In this document: one piece after another, positions 18,834-28,556 of the stretch
Position numbering within the stretch: position 1 is the first letter of the stretch
Layout of the letters: every line of letters begins with the position of its first letter
NCBI GenBank assembly: GCA_965218435.1
Contig: CBDCKW010000009.1
Coordinates: 832,001 to 896,000 of the forward strand
From: Truepera sp.
GTDB taxonomy: Bacteria; Deinococcota; Deinococci; Deinococcales; Trueperaceae
DNA length: 64,000 nucleotides
Direction of reading: 5' to 3'
Notes under the pieces: model-generated
Databases searched by the model: none
Told to the model about the DNA's origin: nothing
The model's input: the letters and a program-made list of their open reading frames with translations, nothing else
Made by a program: the position numbers and the translations under genes

Positions 18834-20249
18834 ATGCAAAAAACAGTTGTCTTAAACGTCGTTGGGCTCACCCCTGAACTGATCGGGGAACATACCCCGA
18901 AGATCAAAAAGTTTACCGAACGGGGAGAGCTCGCTACGATTAAAGAGGTGGTTCCGGCCGTGACCTCGAGTGCCCACGCCACCTACTTGACCGGCACCTT
19001 ACCGAACGAACACGGCATCGTCGGCAACGGTTGGTACTTCCGTGACGAATGCGACGTGCGTTTCTGGCACCGTTCGGACCGGCTCATTCAGCGGCCCCGG
19101 TTGTGGGACGTAGCGAGGGCTTACGACCCGGATTTTACGGTAGCCAACCTGCACTGGCGGTACGCGACCTATTCGTCGGCGGATTACGCGGTTATCGAGC
19201 GCCCGATGTACCCGGCTGACGGGCGCAAGCTGCCTGACATCTACGCGTGGCCGCACGATTTGCGCGGTGAACTGATTCAAGAACTCGGCGAGTTTCCGCT
19301 GTTTAACTTTTGGGGACCGAACAGCAGCATCAAAGGGAGCCGCTGGATTGCGGACGCGGCCAAAGTCGTTGATACGCGCCACGACCCGACGCTGACGCTC
19401 GTCTATCTGCCGCATTTGGATTACGGCTTGCAGCGATTTGGGCCGGACATCTCTAAAGTGGCCCAGGATTTACGCGACATCGACGCAGTGACCGGCGACC
19501 TGATCGACTTTTACGAGGCGAAGGGCGCACAGGTGACGCTGGTCTCGGAGTACGGCATTGATTTTGTAGCCAAACCTGTTCACTTAAACCGCGTGCTCCG
19601 CGAACACGGCTTGGTCAGCATCCGTGAAGAGCTGGGGTTGGAACAGCTTAACTTCGGCATGAGTGAGGCGTTTGCGGTGGCTGACCACCAAATTGCGCAT
19701 GTGTATGTGAACAATCCCGATAAGTTAAGTCAAGTGCGGGGGCTGCTCGAGTCCACTCCCGGCGTCGGCGAAGTTTTAGACCGCGCAGGGCAGAAGAAGT
19801 ACGGTTTAGATCATCCTCGAGCAGGTGACCTCGTAGCTCTGGCTGAACCGGACGCGTGGTTTACCTATTACTACTGGCAAGACGACCGAAAAGCCCCCGA
19901 CTTTGCCCGCACCGTAGACATCCACCGCAAACCCGGTTACGACCCTGCCGAACTCTTCATGAATCCCGAACTCAAAAATCCTAAGCTCAAAGCGGCTGGC
20001 GTTTTAGCGAAGAAAAAGCTGGGCTTTCGCTACCTGATGGACGTGATCGGCCTTGACGCAACGCTTGTGAAGGGTTCGCATGGTTTGCGGAGCCGTACAC
20101 CAACCAAAGCGCCGGTCTTTGTCACGCAGCAGGCGCAGTATTTACAAGGCAAGCAGATCGAAGCGACCGACGTGTTCGAGCTTATCCTCAACCATTTAGG
20201 CGTTGCTGAACCGCTGTTAGAGCGCAAGATGCAGGTCGTGAGCAGTTAG
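18834..20249 (+). CDS. Alkaline phosphatase/nucleotide pyrophosphatase family protein (EboF-like)
   Basis: VVLNVVGLTP, PAVTSS, HGIVGNGWYFRD, LVYLPHLDYGLQR, ARTVDIHRKPGYDP, VKGSHG. Confidence 0.92.
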   Translation: MQKTVVLNVVGLTPELIGEHTPKIKKFTERGELATIKEVVPAVTSSAHATYLTGTLPNEHGIVGNGWYFRDECDVRFWHRSDRLIQRPRLWDVARAYDPDFTVANLHWRYATYSSADYAVIERPMYPADGRKLPDIYAWPHDLRGELIQELGEFPLFNFWGPNSSIKGSRWIADAAKVVDTRHDPTLTLVYLPHLDYGLQRFGPDISKVAQDLRDIDAVTGDLIDFYEAKGAQVTLVSEYGIDFVAKPVHLNRVLREHGLVSIREELGLEQLNFGMSEAFAVADHQIAHVYVNNPDKLSQVRGLLESTPGVGEVLDRAGQKKYGLDHPRAGDLVALAEPDAWFTYYYWQDDRKAPDFARTVDIHRKPGYDPAELFMNPELKNPKLKAAGVLAKKKLGFRYLMDVIGLDATLVKGSHGLRSRTPTKAPVFVTQQAQYLQGKQIEATDVFELILNHLGVAEPLLERKMQVVSS

Positions 20250-20953
20250 CGAGAAAGGGCAAAGTCCTCGAGCTCAAACCCTAACAACTCGTCCAAACGC
20301 CCTACGGTAACATCCGCTGCCGGATAAGGCTCAGTCGCTTTAGGGTCAAACGCGTAGTGGCCCTGACGGACAAAAACGGTCGTTAGACGATTGCCCCACA
20401 CGCTCTTCATCGCGCTTAACAGCCGGAGTTTGTCGTCCACCATGACGTAGTGCTCGGCGGGATAGAGGTGCGCGACTTCGGCGAGTTCTCCTTCTTTGTG
20501 AATATAGATTAAAACCTCACCGCGCAGCGCGTCGTAAAGTCCCGAACGCCTGACTTTATGAGGCTGAAACACTACGTCGCCATCAGACAAGATGACGGTC
20601 GGCCCCAATATCTGTAAGTGTTTGACGACTGCTAAGGCTCCCGGAAAGAGCCGGTCAGCAAAGGGATAATCAATTAAAAACCCGGAAACGGCCAGAAGGC
20701 ACCGGCTGTGCGGACGCTCGAGCCGGTAGCGTTGCAACGTCCCTAAATAATCGGCGTACCCGAGTTCGTGACGTAACTGTTCAAAAAGCTCAAAGTAGCG
20801 TTTGCGAGCAGCAGGGCCGAGTTCGGTTTCCAAATGTGCCCGGAGGTCGGCGGTTACCCGGTCGTTATCGAGCAGTGTATTGTCTACGTCGAGCAAAAAC
20901 ACGGTGCGTTTAGAGGCGGCATCAGGCGCGGGTTTAGACATGGTTTTAGACAT
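20246..20953 (-). CDS. HAD-family hydrolase
   Basis: FLLDVDNTLLDND, ILSDGD, YVMVDDK. Confidence 0.9.
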   Translation of the reverse strand: MSKTMSKPAPDAASKRTVFLLDVDNTLLDNDRVTADLRAHLETELGPAARKRYFELFEQLRHELGYADYLGTLQRYRLERPHSRCLLAVSGFLIDYPFADRLFPGALAVVKHLQILGPTVILSDGDVVFQPHKVRRSGLYDALRGEVLIYIHKEGELAEVAHLYPAEHYVMVDDKLRLLSAMKSVWGNRLTTVFVRQGHYAFDPKATEPYPAADVTVGRLDELLGFELEDFALSR

Positions 20954-21096
20954 CAGTGCAGCTTAAGGCATCTAGCCTGAGATATTCGGATTGGGCTCGA
21001 GCGTTAAAGATAGACCCAAACTGTCTACTGTAGTTTCGTGGTTGACCTTTTTTGTCACCATACTCTGAAGACGCGAGAGGCCATTTTCTCTGTAAG

Positions 21097-21130
21097 CTGC
21101 TGAATTCTATATTCTGACTCCTGACTTCTT
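21097..21130. repeat. Degenerate heptamer tandem repeat
   Basis: TGAATTC TATATTC TGACTCC TGACTTC. Confidence 0.5.
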
Positions 21131-21184
21131 AAGCCACGTTGTAAACCCACGCAGCTAAGCTTAAAACGTCAGCGAAACCCAACC

Positions 21185-21239
21185 TTCACACCACGTTCAC
21201 ACTCCCGCCCCCTACCCTTCACGGCCCTCGCCCTAAGCT
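21185..21239 (+). promoter_or_regulatory. OmpR-type direct-repeat site and -10 box
   Basis: TTCACAC at 21185 and 21196 and TTCAC at 21218 (11-bp phasing). TAAGCT at 21234. Confidence 0.55.
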
Positions 21240-21289
21240 CTACTTAGCACTGAACAGGGTCACCCTGACAGGCGAAAGGAGCATGACTA

Positions 21290-21793
21290 ATGCATGGACA
21301 TATGATGGGTATGGGCTTCGGACTCGGGTTTTTGAACCTGATCGGTACCGTTCTCTTCTGGATTGCCCTCATCTGGGCGATAAGGTTTTTCGTCCGGGGC
21401 GGCTTTAGAGATGGGCGTTTTAGCCGGGGCCGTTACGCCAAGTGGCGCGGCTATATGAAGCACTCCGGCGGACGAGGCGACTGGGGCCGCGGCGGTGGTC
21501 GCCCTTGGGAGCAAGACGAAGCTGACAAGCTGATCCGTGAACGGCTTGCTAAAGGTGAGATCGGCGAAGACGAGTACGCGCGGCTTAAAGCGCAACTCGG
21601 CGGCAATAACGGCAGCGGCAACGCGAACGGCGGCTCAAGCGGCGGCTCAAATGGTGACGGAGGCCGTCCCGAAGGCGGCCCGCTGAGCTGGCTCCGGGGC
21701 GACAACGCTCTCGAGACTGCCCGCCTCCGCCTCGCCAAAGGCGAAATTACCCCGGACGAGTTCGAGACGATTCGCCGGGTACTAACAAACTGA
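21290..21793 (+). CDS. Membrane protein with two SHOCT domains
   Basis: N-terminal TM. Two copies of RLAKGEI..DE[YF], separated by a Gly/Asn/Ser linker. Confidence 0.85.
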   Translation: MHGHMMGMGFGLGFLNLIGTVLFWIALIWAIRFFVRGGFRDGRFSRGRYAKWRGYMKHSGGRGDWGRGGGRPWEQDEADKLIRERLAKGEIGEDEYARLKAQLGGNNGSGNANGGSSGGSNGDGGRPEGGPLSWLRGDNALETARLRLAKGEITPDEFETIRRVLTN

Positions 21794-21808
21794 GCTCGTC
21801 TCGCACTA

Positions 21809-21837
21809 GAAAGAGGCAGTCAAGCTGCCTCTTTTTT
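21809..21837 (+). terminator. Rho-independent terminator
   Basis: AAAGAGGCAG-TCAAG-CTGCCTCTTTTTT. Confidence 0.75.
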
Positions 21838-21859
21838 GTATCGTAAGGTTGAGTATAAG

Positions 21860-22525
21860 ATGACGAAGACTATTTTGATTGTCGAAGACGAAGCGCGGCT
21901 CGCCGAGATTTTGGGTGAATACCTCAAACGTGAGGGCTTTCGGACCGAACGGGCCAAAGATGGGCAGCGGGCCTTAGAGCTGTGGCGGGCCGCTCGCCCC
22001 GACCTGATCTTGCTCGACCTGATGCTGCCCCTGTTGGACGGGCTCGAGGTCGCGCGGCGGGTTCGGGCGGAGTCGGCAGTGCCGATTATCATGCTTACGG
22101 CCCGCGACGAAGAGGTGGATAAACTCGTGGGTTTGGGGCTCGGCGCAGACGATTACGTGGTGAAACCTTACAGCCCCCGTGAGGTCGTCGCCCGCGTCAA
22201 GGCGGTGCTCCGCCGCACCAACGGAACGCCTCCGGTAGGGCCGGTCACCGTAGGCGCGTTGGAAGTTGACCTCAGCACCTATCTGACCCGTTGCCACGGT
22301 GAAGAGGTGGCGCTGACGCCGAGCGAAGTGCGGCTCTTGGCGCACCTCGCCAAAGAACCGGGCGTCGTGCGCGGGCGCGCCGAACTCTTGACGGCCACCG
22401 GCGACGATTCATTTGCCGACCTCCGCACGGTAGACGCACACGTTAAAAATATCCGCCGTAAACTCGGGGCTTGTGGGGAACAGTTAGAAACGGTGCGCGG
22501 CGTCGGGTACCGGGTTCGTCCCTGA
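21860..22525 (+). CDS. OmpR/BaeR-family response regulator
   Basis: ILIVEDE, LLDLMLP, GADDYVVKP, VDAHVKNIRRKL, TVRGVGY. Confidence 0.96.
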   Translation: MTKTILIVEDEARLAEILGEYLKREGFRTERAKDGQRALELWRAARPDLILLDLMLPLLDGLEVARRVRAESAVPIIMLTARDEEVDKLVGLGLGADDYVVKPYSPREVVARVKAVLRRTNGTPPVGPVTVGALEVDLSTYLTRCHGEEVALTPSEVRLLAHLAKEPGVVRGRAELLTATGDDSFADLRTVDAHVKNIRRKLGACGEQLETVRGVGYRVRP

Positions 22526-23772
22526 TGTCTCGGTGGCGCGGCAGGCGAGGGTGGCGCTACGGCCCCGGTTATGGTCCGCCGGGGCGCAGGCCACACGCTT
22601 ATAGACGCCACCACAAACGCTGGGGACTCCGCCGCCGCCTGACCTTTGCCTTTGCCTTTGTTGCACTGATGGCGGTCAGCCTAACGACCTTTTTAACGCT
22701 GGGCGCGGTGTTTGGGGCGCAGCGCGAGCTGTTTACCGGGAGCAGCCCCGGTGCAGATTTCTTTAGGAGCAACCTGCAACCTTGGGGGGACTGGGGTAGC
22801 AACTTCGCGCCAGCGCGGGCAGCGTTCGCGCAGATTACTCGGACGGCTTTTTTTGCCGGGTTACTGTCGTTTTTTCTCGCGTCAGCGACGGCGGCGCTGC
22901 TGACGAGGGCGCTGATCCGGCCGCTTTTAGCTCTGACCGACGGGGCGCTGCGTTTTGGCGCGGGGGAACGCGGGCTTCAGCTCCGGGTGCCCCGTTCGCA
23001 AGACGAGCTCCGGACGCTGACCGAGGCGTTTAACACCCTCGTCACGGGTATCGAAAAACAAGAGGCGTGGCGGCGCAACCTCGTCGCCGACATCGCGCAC
23101 GACCTGCGGACGCCGCTGTCTATCTTGCGGAGTGAAGTCGAGGGGATGCAAGACGGGGTGATCGTCTTAGACGATGCGGCTTTAGGCCGTTTGCACGCCG
23201 AAGTGCTGACGCTTTCGGCGCTGGTCAGTGGACTCCGCGAACTTTCACTCGCGGAAGGGGGCGGGTTGCCGCTCAAACGGGAAACGATTTTGCTCGCACC
23301 GTTTTTAGAAGACTTTTCTGAGAGTTTTCAGACCCGCGCCGCCGAGGTCGGGGTGACGCTGACGCTGGAGCGCATCTCGCCCAAGCTAACGGCGACGTTT
23401 GACCCTGATCAGCTCGAGCGCGTCCTCAGCAATTTGCTCAGCAATGCGCTGCGCTACGCGTCACCGGGCGCGGTTGAACTTGGGGCGACAGCCACCGCTA
23501 CCGGCGTACGAATTTGGGTCCGTGACCACGGGCCGGGGTTGCCGGACGACGCTGAGCGGCTTTTTGAACGTTTTTATCAGGGGGACGCCTCGAGGACGCG
23601 CAGCGCGGTGGGAGAAAAGGGCTCAGGGCTAGGGCTCTCGATTGCCCGCGCTATCGTTCAGGCGCACGGCGGGACGCTCAGCGCGGCCAATCACCCGGCA
23701 AGCGGCGCGGTCTTTAGCATGGTACTGCCCGACAAAGGACCTGCGGTTACGGAAGATTTTTCGGTGGGTTGA
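22525..23772 (+). CDS. Sensor histidine kinase (BaeS-like, HAMP)
   Basis: Two TMs, ADIAHDLRTPL, NLLSNALRY, DHGPG, GSGLGLSI. Confidence 0.95.
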   Translation: MSRWRGRRGWRYGPGYGPPGRRPHAYRRHHKRWGLRRRLTFAFAFVALMAVSLTTFLTLGAVFGAQRELFTGSSPGADFFRSNLQPWGDWGSNFAPARAAFAQITRTAFFAGLLSFFLASATAALLTRALIRPLLALTDGALRFGAGERGLQLRVPRSQDELRTLTEAFNTLVTGIEKQEAWRRNLVADIAHDLRTPLSILRSEVEGMQDGVIVLDDAALGRLHAEVLTLSALVSGLRELSLAEGGGLPLKRETILLAPFLEDFSESFQTRAAEVGVTLTLERISPKLTATFDPDQLERVLSNLLSNALRYASPGAVELGATATATGVRIWVRDHGPGLPDDAERLFERFYQGDASRTRSAVGEKGSGLGLSIARAIVQAHGGTLSAANHPASGAVFSMVLPDKGPAVTEDFSVG

Positions 23773-23979
23773 GGCGCTGGGAGTTGTTTCTGTCGTTACG
23801 GATTAGGTGAGTGAGCGCGATTTTCTCGAGCAAGTTACTGACTTCGGTCTTCTTTATTGTTTCAGCACGCTAGTCCAAAACTATGAACTTTAGTCCAAGA
23901 CTTTAGTCTCTACTCACCTCAATGCCTTTGACCTTTGCTTTTGACTTGTGAAAGAGAATAGTCTACAGGCAAAGTATCT

Positions 23980-24043
23980 TTTGCAAGCAGCGGGACTTCA
24001 GTCCGTGCTCCAACCTAGGTACTTTCAGTGCATAGGTGTTGAG
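23980..24043. mobile_element. Possible IS200/IS605-type end remnant
   Basis: Adjacent hairpins GGACTTCAGTCC and CAACCTAGGTACTTTCAGTGCATAGGTGTTG, of the style seen at IS200/IS605 ends. No transposase nearby. Confidence 0.35.
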
Positions 24044-24110
24044 TCTGTATTCTTACTTCTCTACGCCACACCGCCAACGCCTCGAGCCAACCCCGGCGGG
24101 TCAACCAACC

Positions 24111-25529
24111 CTAATTAAAACGCCTCGAGTGGCCCCCCAAAAGCTCTCTTGCCTGCGCCGCGTAGCCGCGCAAAATAAGCGCCCACTCATCGCCTTCATG
24201 AAGATACTTGAGCGCCAATTCTGCGTGAAAAACGATCCGTTCGGGCCGCGAAAATCCCTGTTGTACAAAGATGTCGGCGAGCATCTGCTGGGCGTGTAGC
24301 CAGTCGGTTTCCCCTGCACGGCAAGACGCCACCGCTTTTTCAAACCAGCCGATTGCGTCGTCTAAATGGTAATACTCGTAAGAGACCGAACCTAGCGTTA
24401 AACACGCCGAACCGACTGCGCCCAAATCCAGCGCCCGCAGTGCGTATTCGGCAGCCCCGCTCAAGTTGGCCAGCTTGTACTCGACCTCGGCTAAGTCGGC
24501 GTAGACTTCGGCGCGGTAGGTGTAACCCTCGGCGTGCAGGGCCTCGAGGAGCAGCTCCCGTGCGCTTTGCAAATACTCAGCTTCGATGAGTAGCAGCGCG
24601 TATTCGTGCAGAGTCCAGACGCGCTGTTTTTTCGGCGCAAGCTCGGCGGCCTGACGGTAGCTCGAGATCGCCTGCGGATAACGCCCGAGTGCGCCGTAGC
24701 ACTGCGCCAAAGCCAGTTTGTAGGTGTACGAAGGGCTGCCCGCCTCGTCTTCTAAGGCGCTCGCACGTTGCAGGTGCTCTAAAGCTAAGTTCGGGTTGCC
24801 CATCAACAGCTGCGCGCGCCCCTCGAAGTAGCTGTGTAACAGCCGTTCGTCGGGTCCGAGCTCAGGTGCAGCCACGGTTTTTAAGATGCCCAGCGCCCGC
24901 TCCGGGCGGTGCAGCTCTAAGAGCGTCCCGGCCAGGTGAAGCCGCTCGCGCTGCTTTTCTTCGCCGACGGCGAGCGAGGCCGAACAGCGAAAGGCGTCGG
25001 CGGCCTCGTCCAAGCGGTCGCTCGCGCTGCAGCTTTTGCCGAGCAGCGACCAGTAACGCCATCTTAAATAGTCGGGCAAATTGAGGGGCTCGAGCTTGGT
25101 TAAAAGCCGCGCCGCGCGGCGATACGCCCGAATCGCAAACAGGGCCGAGGCCGCGTGATAGACCGCAAACGGATCGCCGAGTTGGGCGGCGGCCAGCGCC
25201 CCTTTACGCACGTTGGCCGCTGCGTCGCCGCGGTAAGCGGCGAACTCCCAGTAGAGCGCCCGGTAGAGTGCTGACTGTGTGACGTCACTGTCGGCTTCGG
25301 CGGCTTCGCGCAACGTTTGTGCCCCCCACTCCGAACCGCCGGGGCCGCAGAGCGCGTAGGTCGCCGCCAGATAGAGCTTGAGCTGCGCCTGCGAACTGCG
25401 CCGCCGCTGCCGCCGGGTGGCACCCTCGAGCAGCGTCAGGGCGGTTTCAAAGTGCCCTTCGGCGAGCGCACGGTGAGCGGGCGCGACTTCACTGGACGCG
25501 TCACTAAAGCTGGGACGGCGGAAAAACAC
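24111..25529 (-). CDS. Tetratricopeptide-repeat protein
   Basis: Repeated helical A/L/Y TPR-like motifs, e.g. LAQCYGALGRYPQAISSYRQAAELAP. Confidence 0.85.
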   Translation of the reverse strand: MFFRRPSFSDASSEVAPAHRALAEGHFETALTLLEGATRRQRRRSSQAQLKLYLAATYALCGPGGSEWGAQTLREAAEADSDVTQSALYRALYWEFAAYRGDAAANVRKGALAAAQLGDPFAVYHAASALFAIRAYRRAARLLTKLEPLNLPDYLRWRYWSLLGKSCSASDRLDEAADAFRCSASLAVGEEKQRERLHLAGTLLELHRPERALGILKTVAAPELGPDERLLHSYFEGRAQLLMGNPNLALEHLQRASALEDEAGSPSYTYKLALAQCYGALGRYPQAISSYRQAAELAPKKQRVWTLHEYALLLIEAEYLQSARELLLEALHAEGYTYRAEVYADLAEVEYKLANLSGAAEYALRALDLGAVGSACLTLGSVSYEYYHLDDAIGWFEKAVASCRAGETDWLHAQQMLADIFVQQGFSRPERIVFHAELALKYLHEGDEWALILRGYAAQARELLGGHSRRFN

Positions 25530-25647
25530 AGGTCAGATTATCACGCACTCAGGCCCAGCTCATAGAACCTTTCACACGCTTAAGGACACAAGGGTGTTAC
25601 ACAGAGCGACTGTGGTTTTCTTAACGTGTGCGCTGGAGCTTTTCCCT

Positions 25648-26433
25648 TTAGCGGAGCCACAAGGCGGTGCGCGGGCCTTCCGTTGCCGGATAACTCGGGG
25701 TGACGCGGTGAAACGACTCGAGCAGTAGCCGCCGCGGATTACTCCGCATAAAGGCCAGCACGCTCCGCGCCTGCGTCTCGTGCTGCGCCATCGCCCGAAG
25801 TTTGTTTTCAAAGTATGGGCCGACGTCAAGGTAGTGCGTCGGGGCCAAAAACTTCGCTTTAACCTCTTCGGCACCCAAAAATCCGGTGCGCGGCACCTCC
25901 GACACGTAAGGGCGTTCACCCGCAAAATAGTAGAGCGCCGGGCTGACAGGTAGAGCTTCTAAGGCTTTGAGCACCCACTCGTTCGTCGTTACATGGTCGG
26001 GATGGCCGTTTGAGCCGTTGGGCGGAAACGTCACCACCACGTTGGGCTGATGCCGTAAAAGTAACGCGGTAAGTTTTTTGACCCCTTCGGCCTCGGGAAC
26101 GTCGCGCAAACCGCCGTTTTGCGGCAAGCCTCGGTCGGCGTCGGGTACAAAATCGGGGTAGTCGTAGATATACACGTCTTGAACGCCTAAAACGCGCAGC
26201 GAGGCGCGGAGTTCGCGTTCCCGGAACGTCGGCAGTTCCTTTTGCGTGCAGAGCGAGAGCGTCCGGCCCGACGCGCCTCTAGTCAGCGTCACCGTGACGA
26301 TGTGCTGCCCTGCTTCGCTCATCTTAGAAAAGATGCCCCCGCACGAAAATACTTCGTCGTCGGGGTGCGGCACGATTAGCATTAGGTCGGCGGGTTCTAA
26401 ATCAGTATTCGGGGCAGATGCAGAGGTGTCCAT
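25648..26433 (-). CDS. PIG-L family deacetylase (BshB/MshB-like)
   Basis: IVPHPDDE, LTRG, RERELRAS, GHPDH, HETQ. Confidence 0.93.
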   Translation of the reverse strand: MDTSASAPNTDLEPADLMLIVPHPDDEVFSCGGIFSKMSEAGQHIVTVTLTRGASGRTLSLCTQKELPTFRERELRASLRVLGVQDVYIYDYPDFVPDADRGLPQNGGLRDVPEAEGVKKLTALLLRHQPNVVVTFPPNGSNGHPDHVTTNEWVLKALEALPVSPALYYFAGERPYVSEVPRTGFLGAEEVKAKFLAPTHYLDVGPYFENKLRAMAQHETQARSVLAFMRSNPRRLLLESFHRVTPSYPATEGPRTALWLR

Positions 26434-26659
26434 AAGGAACCAGCATACCGAGCCGGATGCACACTGTACGTTTTAGGCCGGTTGCTGTTCGTACCAGGTA
26501 TAGCTTGGGGCGTCATCTGAAAAGCAGCAAGCTTTATTAAAGTTTTGCTGACCTCTACTGCTTCGGACGGTACCTCGAGCCCTCACATTCAGACACGCGG
26601 CTGCTCCGGCCACCGCATACGTTTACGGCAGACCATGTTTTATCAAACCAACGGGCTAC

Positions 26660-26692
26660 TGAATACTGTCTGCTGACTTCTGGATTCTGTCT
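26660..26692. repeat. Degenerate heptamer tandem repeat
   Basis: TGAATAC TGTCTGC TGACTTC TGGATTC. Confidence 0.45.
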
Positions 26693-26694
26693 AA

Positions 26695-27852
26695 TTAGCG
26701 GAGTGGTTCGGTCAACAGTGACCCGACAATCTGCTCAGCTGCGCTGGGTTGAGCGAGCTTCAGAGCGGCGCGGCGCATCTGGGCGCGGCGCACGTCGTCG
26801 GCAAAAAAGTTGCGGAGTTTGTAGGGCGTGACGGTCAGCGGCTCGAGCCGTAAGCCCGCACCGTGCTCGAGTAAAAAGTTTGCGTTGGCCTCTTCTTGCA
26901 GTGGATACGGGCTGACCACGGCAAAAGGTAACCCTGCTGCGAGCGCCTCGGAAGTGGTCAGGCCCCCTGGTTTTCCGACCAGCAAATCTGCGGCGGCCAT
27001 CAGCAGCGGCACGTCGTCGCTAAAGCCTTCGACACTAAAGCTGAGCAGTTCGGCGTAACCGAGGAGCGCACGTTCGGCGACGGCGATCAGTTCAGCTGAG
27101 CGGCCACAGATCACGCGCACGGTGAGCGGCCAGCGCAACTCGCGCAGGTAGGTCAGCAAGCTTCTTAAGGTGGCGGGCTCGAGCCCCGACGCAATCAGCA
27201 GCAGCACGTCGCGCTCCGGTGCAAGGCCGAGCGCGGCCCTCGCTTCAGCTTTAGCGGGTAGCGTTCCGAACCGGGGACTGATGGGAATGCCCGACACACG
27301 GACCCGGTCGTCCTCAATCCCAACCGCTTGCAGGTGCGCGGCTACCTCGCCGGTCGCGACAAAGTAGCGCCCTATCCCCGGTTGCAACCAGAGGTTGTGG
27401 GCGGCGTAATCGGTGACGACCACGGCTTCAGGGATGTCGTAGCGTTCGGCGCGGACGACCGCCGGGGGTAAAAAATGCGTATGCACGACCATCTCAGGCG
27501 CACGTTGCCGCACTTGCCATACCAGGTTACGTGATAAAAGCTGCGTCAGCCGCGCCATCACCCGTTCTTGCCGGGTACGCTGCTCTTGGGGCCGACGGTC
27601 GAGGCGTTTGCCGAGCCAGTCAACAAAATCCGGCGCGGTGCGGACCAGATCAAAGTACGTCTGGCGGTAAAGGCGGCGAAACCCCGGCGCGGTGTAGGCC
27701 AACAGGTCGATGTGTTCAGGCTCGAGTCCCTGAGCCCTAGCCGCCTCACTGAGCGCCCGCGCCGCTGCGACGTGGCCGCCGCCAATTGAGGCGGATACGA
27801 TCAGCATCCGGGGCGGCGCAGCCTTGAGCGCGGTGCGGGTCTCACTAATCAC
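26695..27852 (-). CDS. MGDG-synthase/UgtP-family (GT28) glycosyltransferase
   Basis: SASIGGGHVAAARAL, HTHF, VVTDY, VGKPGGLTTSEAL, QEEANA. Confidence 0.93.
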   Translation of the reverse strand: MISETRTALKAAPPRMLIVSASIGGGHVAAARALSEAARAQGLEPEHIDLLAYTAPGFRRLYRQTYFDLVRTAPDFVDWLGKRLDRRPQEQRTRQERVMARLTQLLSRNLVWQVRQRAPEMVVHTHFLPPAVVRAERYDIPEAVVVTDYAAHNLWLQPGIGRYFVATGEVAAHLQAVGIEDDRVRVSGIPISPRFGTLPAKAEARAALGLAPERDVLLLIASGLEPATLRSLLTYLRELRWPLTVRVICGRSAELIAVAERALLGYAELLSFSVEGFSDDVPLLMAAADLLVGKPGGLTTSEALAAGLPFAVVSPYPLQEEANANFLLEHGAGLRLEPLTVTPYKLRNFFADDVRRAQMRRAALKLAQPSAAEQIVGSLLTEPLR

Positions 27853-27895
27853 AAGGCGAGTGTATCAAGCCGAAGATGAGTCGGTAGAAAGCAAA

Positions 27896-27934
27896 AGACC
27901 GGGCTGTAAAGAAGTGCCTCTTACAGCCCGGTCT
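27896..27934. terminator. Stem-loop, probable terminator of the MFS gene (now separated from it by IS200)
   Basis: AGACCGGGCTGTAA...TTACAGCCCGGTCT. Confidence 0.6.
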
Positions 27935-27974
27935 AACAAACGGTGTACAGCTAAGTTGGCTTGGTTTAGTTTAG

Positions 27975-28545
27975 CGTGAAAACCCACCGTCTTTGGCGGT
28001 GGTGATGTAACGTCGGCTATGCCTTACTGTTTCGCCTGGGACACATAGGTCGTACCCTAAGGCGTGGGGAAGTATAGAAAGCTTGCGCACGTTGTCTATC
28101 AGTGTAATTACCACATTGTGTGGGTGCCTAAATACCGTTACCGAGTGCTGACGGGTATGGTCAAAGAGTTGGTTGAGAAGGACGTCCATACGCTTTGTGA
28201 GTGGCGCTCTGTAGAAGTAATAGAGCTGAGTGTTCAAGCCGATCACATCCACTTGGTTTGTTCAATTCCTCCCAAGTTGTCAGTATCGGATTTCATGGGA
28301 TTTCTCAAAGGGAAGCTTGCCATCAAGTTGTTCAAAAGCTAGCCAGGCTTACGGAAGAAACCATACTGGGGGAATCACTTTTGGACACGCGGTTACTTTG
28401 TCAACACTGTAGGTATAAACGAAGACCTGATCCGTCGTTATGTGAAGTACCAAGAGAAGCGCGAAAAAGAGGAAGAACGCAATCAGCAGGACTTTCTCTT
28501 CTAGAGTCATTTTCAAATCCACCGCCTCTGGCGGTGGTCGTTTAA
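27975..28545 (+). mobile_element. IS200-like (tnpA-only) element, copy 1; ends approximate
   Basis: Subterminal hairpins CCACCGTCTTTGGCGGTGG and CCACCGCCTCTGGCGGTGG flank tnpA. Confidence 0.88.
28064..28504 (+). pseudogene. tnpA: Y1 HUH transposase TnpA with one nonsense codon
   Basis: YHIVWVPKYR and DHIHL. TAG at 28340 is followed in frame by PGLRKKPYWGNHFWTRGYF...RRYVKYQ. Confidence 0.9.
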
Positions 28546-28556
28546 TAGGCGGCTTT

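Noticed and set aside
27975..28545. TnpB/IscB RNA-guided nuclease with the IS200 elements
   Set aside because: In both copies the right-end hairpin follows tnpA directly, leaving no room for a nuclease ORF.
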